64,000 bases of DNA. Source: Adineta vaga (Eukaryota > Animalia > Rotifera). The notes beneath the pieces were generated by a model. That model had not been told where the DNA came from and did no database searches. It saw only the letters and a list, made by a program, of their open reading frames with translations. This document shows, in pieces, positions 51,760-62,663 of this stretch. The DNA lies in assembly GCA_021613535.1 (NCBI GenBank), contig CP075497.1, forward strand, positions 868,001 through 932,000, written 5' to 3'. The number at the start of each line of letters is the position of its first letter. Positions within the stretch are counted from its first letter, which is position 1. A program made the translations under genes and the position numbers.

Positions 51760-53289
51760 ATGATGAATTATATTGTATTGATATTGTCTTTTCTTATCAC
51801 ATTCGTGTATAAAACTAATGGTAATGATATTGGTCTTGTTCCTCCTCAACCAAGTCAAGTATGTAATTTAATTTATTAATAAAGATGAATACAAAAATAA
51901 ATTTATTATCGATAGTATTCTACATCGCTTCTAGTGAACGGACAGCGTTCGACGTATTATGTAGACACAACTATTTTTAGAGATAGACTTGTTTATGATG
52001 GTCAAGCTTTTAGTACTATTATAGATTTTCAAAGTTATCGATACTATAAATTATCACCAGGTAGTATTCTTTTTCAACTAATTTATTGTGAATCATAAAC
52101 TTTATTGTGCAGATGGATGTTCATGGGGGCAAATGCCTGGCAAAATAGAACCTATGTTAACATTTCGTACTTATGAATTCAAAGGAAACTTGACATACAA
52201 CAACATATCATGCTATAAATGGAGTGGATGTCATAATTATGAGGTAATAAAATTTTTTTATAGTATTCAATACACATTTTAAAAACTTTATATTTATTCG
52301 AAGTGGTAGAAATTGTGAACAAGAACAGAATAATTCTATATATTTTCTATCAGGTTTGACCATCTAATATAAGATCGATAAATTTAACGATTGTTCATGA
52401 TAAATGTCCTGTTCCTATAACATCAGATATTCAGAACTATTTTCATCCTATATCGGCTAAATCAGGCAGAAATGTTCGTCGTGGCCAAACTCTTTTAGCA
52501 CGAATATACGTGAAAATGTTTGCGCTATCAGCTGTTATTCCGTTAAAAATGATTTCGCTAATTAATTAATTAATTAGAAAGCAATTACTTAACAACTCTC
52601 GAAACGCGTAAGCGAAAACTATGAAAATTTCAGGTTGGAGTCCAAGACACAGGACACGTCTACCCTGAAATTTTCAGCGAGATCGGACATCGAAACTTTC
52701 CTCCGAAAAAATGGACTCTGTAGAAGTTCCGGAAAGTTTTATGGCGAGTATACTGGTTTCGTTGTATGCTCCAAGATCTTAAGAAGATTTTACAACTTTC
52801 CGAACGGACTTCGCAATTTTATGAAATCACGTCGCTAACAAATGATTCGGCCCATATATACTATCATGGAAAAATTTCTATGAATTGATCTTAGTAGAAA
52901 CTCAGCACTGAAGAATATCGAAGTATACACAATGATGATTATTGAGTTTCAATACCCTTCGAACTTTTTCCATTTATTCGCTTGAGTTAATAAACAGTTC
53001 AATTTATCTTGCATTAACTAGATATAACTATATTGTTAATTTATATTTTGTGTAGATACCACCAGCACCATTTTATTATTATGCAACGGTAAAAGGAAAT
53101 TTACCAATGGATTTAAATTTATATACTGTCGGTGCTGATATTCAATTTTTTAACTTTACATATGGTCCTCCTCCGTCAAGTATATTTGATATTCCGAAGA
53201 ATTGTACCCAAATACAGTTCAATCCATCAATACACCCAACCTTATTATATGAAATAGTTCGAAAAAACAGTACGGACCCAATGTGTTGA
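51760..53289 (+). CDS. ependymin-related (EPDR-like) small secreted protein, multi-exon; phase of the ~52304-52353 exon unresolved, possibly a pseudogene
   Basis: Signal peptide MMNYIVLILSFLITFVY, PPQPSQ|YST, C-terminal FFNFTYGPPPSSIFDIPKNC. Confidence 0.55.
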
Positions 53290-53372
53290 TCATAAATATT
53301 ATAAAATAAAGCAAAACTTTTCACAAAAACTTTTTTACTAAACAAACAACTGCATAACTCTAGACTACTAAT

Positions 53373-53431
53373 TAAAGGGTCGGTGTGGGTGTGGACAAGG
53401 CTATACTCCTAAACTACATCCACACCCTCAA
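53373..53431. repeat. telomeric-repeat hairpin element
   Basis: TAAAGGGTCGGTGTGGGTGTGG-ACAAGGCTATACTCCTAAACTA-CATCCACACCCTCAA. Confidence 0.85.
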
Positions 53432-56400
53432 AAACTTCTACAGACATTTTGATTTGATTCTATAGGTTACTTACAGTCGATTTTCTCATTTGTAACTCAT
53501 ATTATTTACACAATTAAATCGATACTTTCTCTCTCTCTCTCTCTCTCCTTTTATTAATCTAATAAAAGATGGCAATTTGCTTCGTAATTTATTGTTTCGA
53601 GTATGTATACTAAATATATTCTGTAATCGTGATACTTGAAAATAAAAAGTTTTAATGATATCTTTTGTGCAACAGGATCTGAAAGAGAGTGTTGAAGTGT
53701 TCAAGGGTAGAAATTTGGACTCAACCTCTCCTCGCCCCCACAGACGTCACCGACTTTATCGAAGTAAACTATTAGAGAAAATGTAGATTTTGTAATTAAA
53801 AAAAAGCAACAGAAATATTGATTATAAATTTTATTTGCAACACAATAGAAAACAGATTTATCGTGTTTCATATTTTTAATCTTGCAATAGGGATTGCACT
53901 AAAAGCTTTTTTAATATTTGTTACCATTAAAATCGTGTCGAATATTATTTATCATCCGGTATGATTTGTTAATATATCAAGGCCATTTTATAATCTCTCA
54001 CATCGTATACCGGATAAAGTGAAATTTTCATTATTTAATAACACTTTTGTTTGATACTATAAAAAAGAAAGATATAGCAACCGTTATCATTTAGCTTTTT
54101 AATACTATGTTCATTGAATTTCAGTAGATTGGTGAATGATGTTACCTATGAGAACGTTATTCTATCTCATATTATTACATTTGGTGATTGGTTCACCTCA
54201 AATCAATCTTGATCTTACTGACTGGGTAAATTATATTCAAAGTGATGCTGTGTTACAACATGATTGTATTTATGTTGCTACTTCGATTAAAAAATGAATT
54301 GATTCTCATCAGATAATTTCGTATTGTATGAGTGAATGGCCAACAGAATGGATGATACGAATAAATAGTCAAGATCGAAATTTTACTTTTGCTCAACTAA
54401 TTCAACAAAATATTACGAGTGAACAATTATATCATTGGTCCGCACCAATGGATGTTATTGAACGTTATCAGTTGTATTTGAATCAATTTCCAACCTCGAA
54501 TGAATTCTTATCGATGGGAACACAATTGTTTTACAATTGTACATCGCCAAGATTTGGTGCATATTGTGTCAATATTCATTGAATGCGAATGAATTCTATA
54601 ATTTATCGTTGAAAGAAATCATTGATAGCTTTTATCTTCAAGAATATATTTAGCAACAACATTAACATGTTACGTACATTTACAATGTTATAAAGTGTCT
54701 TCATCAGCATGTCTTGATTGGAGTAATATATGTGATGAAATTGTTGATTGTCAAAATAGAATTGATGAAAAATCTTGTTAGCCATTAGAAATTAATACAA
54801 AATTTGCCATTTCTTATCGTATTACAAATGCGCCAACATTTGCATTAACGAGAGGTAATTGGAGGAATATGCACATAATACCATTATATGAACATCTTTA
54901 TCAATGCAATACAATAATTTATAATGATGATTCTTTAGATTGTAGCAATTCTAATATGTATCAATGTATTAACTCATCGAAATGTATTTCAAAACATCGT
55001 GTTTGTGATAGTATGAAGAATTGTGATTATGGAGATGATGAAAAATGCGATGGAATTTCCGAATCCTGTTTAGGATATGGATCTAATAAACCATTCAAAT
55101 GTACAATAGCAAATATTTGTATCTCTCAATATTTAGTTGGAAATAGATTGTGTAATTGTCCAATGGATCAATATAATTTATGTGATGATGAATCACCTGA
55201 TAAACATTATATTAGAAAGCATATCTATTTTCCAACTATTTGTGATGGTTTTACAGAACTTATACCTGTTCTTATTGATGGACGAAATGAAACAGATAAA
55301 ACAGAATGTGAATATTGGCAATGTAATAATACTTATACAAGATGTGATGGTATTTGGAATTGTTTTAATGGTGCCGATGAAATTGATTGTAATCCATTTC
55401 CACGATTGAATTCTCCATATCATCATCATCATCATATATGTGTTTCACCTAAGACAAATCAATTTATGTGTTTATCAATTAATAAAGTGAATGATGGTAA
55501 AATTGATTGTCTTGGTGCTTTTGATGAACCGAAATTATGTCGAAAAAATAATTATGGACTGAACGATGAAAAATTTCATTGTTCAAATCATATCAATGAT
55601 TCTTGTGTATCTCTCAGTAAATTATGTATTGAAAGCAAATGTGAAAACAATACTGATAAACAACTTTGTGATTCCAACAGAAATGAGACCGATATCGACT
55701 CGTTTTGTGATCAAAAATATGAATCAATTCGTTCTGATGTTGAAAATTTTCTTTGTAATCATCTCGATGATACTAATAAACCAGAGATTCTACATTTTTC
55801 CTTAAATGAAAAAACTAATTTCTCCAAAACAAAAACACAACAAAGTACTAATATCATAATGACACATTCTTCTATTTTATCAACAACTCGTCAATATCAA
55901 AATCAACGCGTTAGTTTAACTTTGCAATTTCGAGTATTTTCCGATTCTTTACGAACATTATTTTCATTGATTATTTTATTGATTAATGAAAGTAATGAAC
56001 GAATTCGAAAAACGATATTTTCTGTCAATGTAATCAAGGATGTTCAGGACAATATTGTAATATTCAACAAATAATTATTTGTAAATGTTCATGCGATTCA
56101 TTATGTATTGGTATTGCAGCTAACAATCGATCTATATGTATTTGTCCTTTAATAAACAAATGGGGTTCGCATTGCTCCTTTCAAAATACTATATGTCAAA
56201 ATGGAGGTCAATGTATACCTACCGATGAATATATAGAATATTGGAAAACAAATTTATATGTATTTGTTTAAAAGGTTTTAATGGAGAGAGATGTGAAATA
56301 TTTGATACAATAATTACTGTATTATTTGATAAAGATATTGTTTTACCGCAATCAATATTCTTTCATTTTATTCGACAGATCGATCATACTGCACCTGAAA

Positions 56401-57125
56401 ATGGTTCAACATTTAAATCAGTTATTACTAATCAAAGATCAGCAACTATATTAAATGGTCACGCCCCATTTCATGTTATTTTTGTTGAACTACCTGATAA
56501 AACATTTCATTTGATTACAATTCAAACAATTTACAATCAATCAACAACTATTGATCAAATAATTAATTTATTGAATCGTTGTAAACATATAAGAGAATTA
56601 TTTAATGAAACTATTATAAAATATCATCTTCTTCGTCGTATTAAATACGATCATTTACCATGTCAAACATATTCACCACAATTGACTTGTTTTTATGATG
56701 ATATTCATTTTTATTTATGTACAAATTTTGATCGTCAAAGAATAGCTAATTGTTTTGGTAAAAGTATTTGTGCAAAATGAAGGTCAATGTTTACAAGATA
56801 AAGCTATTTGTTCACAAACATCGATATGTGTTTGTCGAACATGTTTTCATGGAGTTCGTTGTCACTTTAGTTCACATTTATTTGGTCTTTCACTTGATGC
56901 TGTATTAGGATATCATATTCAATCATCTACTTTACAAATCAGTGTGATATTAACTATAATTTTAATTCTAGTAGGATTAGTTAATGGTGTACTTTGCATA
57001 TTAACATTTAAGAACAAAGAAGGAAATGAAATGGGTTCGGATTTGTATCTATTAGGTTTATCAATGGGTACTCTAATTACTACAATTCTATTTGCATTAA
57101 AAATTCTGGATACTTTTCATGGCAC

Positions 57126-57177
57126 AAGGGTGTGGGTACTACATCTGTCCAACATCTTCACCCACATTCACCCTCAA
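57126..57177. repeat. telomeric hairpin, left junction of the cargo
   Basis: AAGGGTGTGGGT-ACTACATCTGTCCAACATCTT-CACCCACATTCACCCTCAA. Confidence 0.92.
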
Positions 57178-57926
57178 CTTTTGTATTTAAAAACTTTCCA
57201 TCGCAAGCTTTTGAATAAGTTTGAACAATCATTACAACACGACAATTACCACAAAGTGTGTATTACATCCAAAATCAGTACAAAAAGGACTGTGTTGAGC
57301 TATATAAAGATGTTCCCAACAAAAAGGTTTTTCATCGACACTTGGTTGTGGAGGAAGGAGGAATACAGACCAAACTATATGATACAAATGTGCGGTGCAC
57401 TGAAAAAGGTTTTGAGGGAAGGGACAATAAAACAGTTCCAGATCCGTACCAAACATCTTTTTTCTATCCTTCTTACGTCCTCACCCTCTATTTCAGAAGA
57501 CTGAGGAAAAAAGACAAAATTCTTTCATTATATTTTATAAATAATGATAATTAGAGCTATAATAGTGTTTATCCATATTAATACTTTCACCTGGCTCAAA
57601 TCCAACTTATAACGAGACATACACTGATAGTTTCTTTTTTTGGCTGTATATCTCAATTACAAATCATGTCTTGAGAGTGGATATCTTGGTTTATATCGTG
57701 TATATCTCGCTTATTTACAGCTCATGTACCTACATACTGAGGATTTTCTTCTAGTCCTGATATAATATGTCAAACATTCTTTTTCTACTCTCGACAGAAA
57801 TAATCTTTACTAAAGCTCTATTGATCAAACAGTATAATGTCAGATTTGTCATTCTGATATATATTTTCTAATATTTTCACGTCTGTCAACTTGTCGTAAC
57901 ATATTAATTTCCTATAGTCAAAATCA

Positions 57927-59339
57927 ATGTTGCAGAGAAGAAATTTCCATTACGAAAATGAATATTCATCACTAACTCGTAATCATATTTGTCATTGCAA
58001 TTGTTCGAAATTTTATCATTTAATAGATTTTATCATTAATGCAATTATTCCAATTCTTGTCGGAGGTTCTACAATATTCCTTGTTATTCATCAAAATCGT
58101 CTGATTCAGAATAATTATGAACAAGATCAAGTAATCGCAACAGAACAACATGAGCAAGATCTTTACATTCAACAATCTATACGGAACGAAGATCTTATCA
58201 TACGGCAATTACAACGTCAACAAGATTTAGATCTTGCTCAACTTCGACGAGAACTTGATTTGGCTATAATTGAAAACCAAAGTCGAACAAGTCGAGATCT
58301 GTCTCAGCAGTATTATAACTTATTAGAACTTTATCGAGCTGAAGATTCGAAAATATCTAGAATAAATAGAGTAGAAGATCAAATCCGAGAAAAAGAACGT
58401 CTGCTTGAAATGACATTGATAGAATATCACAATGATCTCCTAGAGATTTTATTGAACTATGGATATTTTCGTGTGACTCAAGATAAAACTATTCTTTTGG
58501 AAATTCAAATGAAAACTCGAAGTATTTTACGAAAACTCGATCCTTCAAGACGAACGATTGTGTTCAAATCCATTATGGCAATAGGTCTCAATGATCATGA
58601 CTTACTAGAGGATAAAATAGACATTTTATCATCGACTGATTTACGTGGTGTTACGTTTAGTGATCTAGTTCTACATGAGTTTTCTATTCCGCAACATCGA
58701 ATAGCACAATTTTATGTTCCACAAAGTGATCTACGAAATGCTTCGTTTCAATTTCTTATTTTTGCAGGTACTTCAGTGGATCTATCTCGAACAAACATGT
58801 ATGGGACCAATTGGAATAATGCAATATTAGCTTTCTTTAGCATTGAAAATGCTTTAATGAATGCTGCTAATTTTCATCATTCATCAGTTACTGCTATGCA
58901 ATTTCGTTTCACTCAACTCAATTATGCTTCATTTAATTTATTGGAAAAATGTCATCAGTTACATTTTGAATCCTTACAAATGAATCATGTCGATCTGAGT
59001 GAAAATAATTTTAATGAATTATGGATTCTCCATGTAACAATGATCGACAGTAGTCTCAATCATACTCGTCATATGAAATCACATTTTGAAGACGTGAATA
59101 TGACGAGAACTGATTTTTCTAATTCAATATTTATTGGTGTAATTTTCAAAAAAGTTATTATGACACAATGTCAAATGGAGAATACGAAATTTATCAGTTG
59201 TATTTTTACCCGTTCAATTTTGGTTGGATGTCTCGGATTCAATCAGGCTAACTGGCATGATACTCAATTGACAAACACTCAATTACCAAACGGAACTCAT
59301 ATTTTACGAACTTGTTTAAATTGTATACAAACATTCTAA
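57927..59339 (+). CDS. TM + coiled-coil + pentapeptide-repeat protein
   Basis: Single N-terminal TM, Q/R/E coiled coil, SDLRNASF and TDFSNSIF pentapeptide repeats; intronless. Confidence 0.85.
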   Translation: MLQRRNFHYENEYSSLTRNHICHCNCSKFYHLIDFIINAIIPILVGGSTIFLVIHQNRLIQNNYEQDQVIATEQHEQDLYIQQSIRNEDLIIRQLQRQQDLDLAQLRRELDLAIIENQSRTSRDLSQQYYNLLELYRAEDSKISRINRVEDQIREKERLLEMTLIEYHNDLLEILLNYGYFRVTQDKTILLEIQMKTRSILRKLDPSRRTIVFKSIMAIGLNDHDLLEDKIDILSSTDLRGVTFSDLVLHEFSIPQHRIAQFYVPQSDLRNASFQFLIFAGTSVDLSRTNMYGTNWNNAILAFFSIENALMNAANFHHSSVTAMQFRFTQLNYASFNLLEKCHQLHFESLQMNHVDLSENNFNELWILHVTMIDSSLNHTRHMKSHFEDVNMTRTDFSNSIFIGVIFKKVIMTQCQMENTKFISCIFTRSILVGCLGFNQANWHDTQLTNTQLPNGTHILRTCLNCIQTF

Positions 59340-59576
59340 AAGAAACTAATACTTTTTCAAATGAATAAAAATAAAATTTTTATAGAAATTCAAACTTATT
59401 CTTGAGCATGAACAAATATTTAATCTTCAGTGAATGTTTTCTTTGAACATGTTTAACGATAAATATTGAGCGAGATAAAATTCTACTGTATCAAACTAAT
59501 ATAATGTTTCAACAACCACAGAAATAGAAAAAAAGTATGTGTTCATGTTAACTAATGATTGACGAAGAGAATAATT

Positions 59577-61046
59577 ATGGCAAACAATGATCTCGACAAC
59601 ACTTCTATTAGAGCAAATCAGACTAATAATGAAAGAAGACAACGACATTTTAACTCAGGACGACATTGTTGTGGTATTGAATGTATTGAATGGTTAAAAT
59701 TAATTTCCAGTGCTGGAATTCCTCTAATGATCGCAGCAATCACTGTGCTGATCACTATTCAGCAACAGAATGTCGCTCAAAAAAATCGCGAGAAAGATTT
59801 GATTAACGCTCAAGAACAACGTAAACAAGATCTCGAAGAAGCTCGAACTCGACGAGCTGAAGATAAGGAAATAGCTCAACAACAACGTGAACAAGACAAG
59901 GATAGTTCACGATTACAGCGTGAACTTGATTTGAAAATTGCTAATGATAAACGTGAATTAGAAGAGAAAATTGCTGAACAGCAACGAATAGTAACTCAGG
60001 AACAACGCCAACATGAATTAGATATAGCTTATAAGACTCGACTCAATGAACTTGCTTTAGAAGATGATCGACAAAAAGAAGCAATTCTTATACAATATCA
60101 ACGTGATTTAGCCGATGTTCTTCTAAATCACTGGGATAATCTTCAAGGCAAACGTGATATGACGAGATTGGCTATTCAGATGAGAACACGTACAGCACTT
60201 CGACTTCTTAATCCCGAACGACGAACTATAGTTGTTCGTTCGCTATATGATGCACATTTGCTTCAGATAAAATTTGAGGAGGATGAATCGGCATTCTTAG
60301 CCTTCGCTAATCTTTCTTCAGTCGATTTTGGACAAAACAAGGATTCATCTGTAGATGATATGTGGTTCTTCTATTCACATTTGATCGTACTTGGAGCTGA
60401 TATGCGTAATGCTTCATTTCGTAATGTCTATTTAGCCAGTTCATTCTTAGGATTCAACGAAGCAAATTTAAATGGTGTTTCTTGGAAACATTTTACTATC
60501 GATAATGTTCGATTTGAACGAGTATCAATGAAACAAGTAATGTTTCAACATGGAAACATATTTAAAGTGGATTTTTTTCGTATTCAGTTGGATTTTACTT
60601 TATTTGAATATACGAAAATAACTGATAACTTCACTGTGACAATGTCATCTATGAAATGGTCAAATATTCGACATTCGAAAATGTGTCGTGCAGAGTTCAC
60701 AAAGACTTCTATAACAGATAGTCATTTCCTTAATACTACTCTTTTATGCGTCACATTTAAAGAAAATAATATGGAAAGAATGAAATTCACTGATCTAATC
60801 CTGGAGCTGGTGATCTTTGAGCGAGTGAATTTGACAAACTGTATCTTTGGGAATATTTCAGTAAACAATGTCATTTTTCGAAATGTAACTATGCGTGGTT
60901 GTCAGGGATTTCATGGTACCGAGTGGAGCTCAACTCATTTTATTTCGACAACTGATCCGCATGGAACACTTATTCAAGATAGCAACTCTGGCAAGTTTTT
61001 TTCAGAACTATTTGCACGCTGCTCAAGCATAAAATGCATTGAATGA
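59577..61046 (+). CDS. TM + coiled-coil + pentapeptide-repeat protein (tandem paralog)
   Basis: WLKLISSAGIPLMIAAIT TM, coiled coil, ANLSSVDF, ADMRNASF and ANLNGVSW repeats. Confidence 0.85.
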   Translation: MANNDLDNTSIRANQTNNERRQRHFNSGRHCCGIECIEWLKLISSAGIPLMIAAITVLITIQQQNVAQKNREKDLINAQEQRKQDLEEARTRRAEDKEIAQQQREQDKDSSRLQRELDLKIANDKRELEEKIAEQQRIVTQEQRQHELDIAYKTRLNELALEDDRQKEAILIQYQRDLADVLLNHWDNLQGKRDMTRLAIQMRTRTALRLLNPERRTIVVRSLYDAHLLQIKFEEDESAFLAFANLSSVDFGQNKDSSVDDMWFFYSHLIVLGADMRNASFRNVYLASSFLGFNEANLNGVSWKHFTIDNVRFERVSMKQVMFQHGNIFKVDFFRIQLDFTLFEYTKITDNFTVTMSSMKWSNIRHSKMCRAEFTKTSITDSHFLNTTLLCVTFKENNMERMKFTDLILELVIFERVNLTNCIFGNISVNNVIFRNVTMRGCQGFHGTEWSSTHFISTTDPHGTLIQDSNSGKFFSELFARCSSIKCIE

Positions 61047-61174
61047 TAGTAGAAGCTGGCACATGACTTTGTAATAGATATCAGTACACTAGTGAGAGTA
61101 TCTGGTCATAAATATTGTATTTCTCTCTTACTCACATCCTTATTTCTCAATCTTTTCGTTCAAGAATGATGAAA

Positions 61175-61216
61175 TGAGGGTGAGTGTATACTACTCATTA
61201 ATACTCACTTGCAACC
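61175..61216. repeat. degenerate telomeric hairpin
   Basis: TGAGGGTGAGTG...ACTCACTTGCAACC. Confidence 0.55.
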
Positions 61217-61868
61217 ATGTCGAAATTTTTTGAAAACTTAAATTCGTATTCGTTTTCTTTAAACATTTTCGAAAGCGAAACTTACTATGCTCTTCGGTTT
61301 CGTCAATGCCTAGAACTCCGTTATTTTAAGCCTTCACCAATCTTGGAAATGACAGAAACTGATTGCTCAATGCTGAGCACTGCGGAATAAGATAAATCGA
61401 TAAGTAAAAACTACAAAGAACCTTCTATTGTATTTGCCATTTTATATGATAATTCTTCATAATTACATCCCGTTGAGCTAAAATTTTGTATACAAAATTG
61501 TTTCATCAAAATCTGAGTTGAGTTCGAAGGTAGAAATGATCCTTTAAGAAATGAATGAGCTATCGAAAATATTCTCATTATTGACCAGATAATATTCTTG
61601 AAGGGAACACAGAAATTTTCCTCAAAACTATTTAAAGTGTATGGAAATGAATTCGGTTCTAGACATTCTTTTCGAGTATGAGATTAGTTCTGAATCAAAC
61701 ATCGGTGTGAGGCTAGAACCAAAGAGCTAGCACGAAAAACGAATATTTAGCGGAAATTTTTTCTGATAATGAATTCTCGTTCGTGAAAACAAGCTTATTC
61801 GATTCAGAATTTAATTCTGCATCGAATGATAGTGCTTCTATTCACGAGAAAACGCTAAGGAAATTTTT

Positions 61869-61930
61869 ATCTGAGGGTGTGGGTGTGGGTACTACATCTA
61901 TCCAACATCTTCACCCACACCCATACCCTT
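61869..61930. repeat. telomeric hairpin, right junction of the cargo
   Basis: ATCTGAGGGTGTGGGTGTGGGT-ACTACATCTATCCAACATCTT-CACCCACACCCATACCCTT. Confidence 0.92.
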
Positions 61931-62602
61931 AATTCAATAATAAATGCATTTCATTGTCTTATTCCATTTATTATTACTGTGATTTCTCAACCAATTATCA
62001 TTACAGTACTTGTTCGACAACAATTACAGATCCATCCTAAACAAAATTATTGAAATCTAATAAGTGAACAATTTCAACAACATCATCATCATCTATTCAT
62101 AACTCCATTTATTCTATTGATTCTTGGTATACCTCGTTTAATCATTTCATTCATTGCAGGTTGTATTAAATCAAATGATAATCTATGGTTATTACTTATC
62201 GGATATTTTGTTTCATTCATTCCATCAATGCTTACTTATATTGTATTTGTTTATCCATCAAAATTATATAAACAAAGATTTCTGAAGAATATCAAGCAAT
62301 ATCAACGAATGATACAAACAATATAACATCTCTAATCTAACAGGTTAGTAAAAAAAAGGAGAAAAATCTCATTATGTAAATGATAATAAAGTGCATAATA
62401 AGGTGATATGTTCTTTTAGATTAGCTTGTTGATGATCGAATCATAAAATGAAGAACAATATTCGATGTTTTTTTGCTTTTTGTCTTGTATAGCGTAGCAA
62501 TGATTATTGCTTTGGTTTTTATATCGCGATCATTAATAAATATCATGTTAATAACAGAATAATAACTTTCTTTCATCATAGGTGAGAAATTAGATATTTA
62601 TT

Positions 62603-62663
62603 TAAGGGTGTGAGGTGTGGTTCGGTTTAGAGTACAGTCTGACCCACATTCTCACCCTCACCC
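62603..62663. repeat. telomeric-repeat hairpin element
   Basis: TAAGGGTGTGAGGTGTGG-TTCGGTTTAGAGTACAGTCTGA-CCCACATTCTCACCCTCACCC. Confidence 0.8.

Larger units (their letters stand above)
54136..62326 (+). pseudogene. LDLa/EGF-GPCR pseudogene split into 54136-57127 and 61931-62326 by a 4.8-kb insertion
   Basis: Frameshifted LDLa/EGF fragments collinear with both paralogs. The 7TM stops at LKFWILFMAQ (after one frameshift) and resumes at NSIINAFHCLIPFII...IPRLIISF...LIGYFVSFIPSML. Confidence 0.85.

Noticed and set aside
3863-62663. CRISPR-like repeat-spacer array
   Set aside because: Units are dispersed kilobases apart, their arms are inverted rather than direct repeats, there are no cas genes, and the context is eukaryotic.
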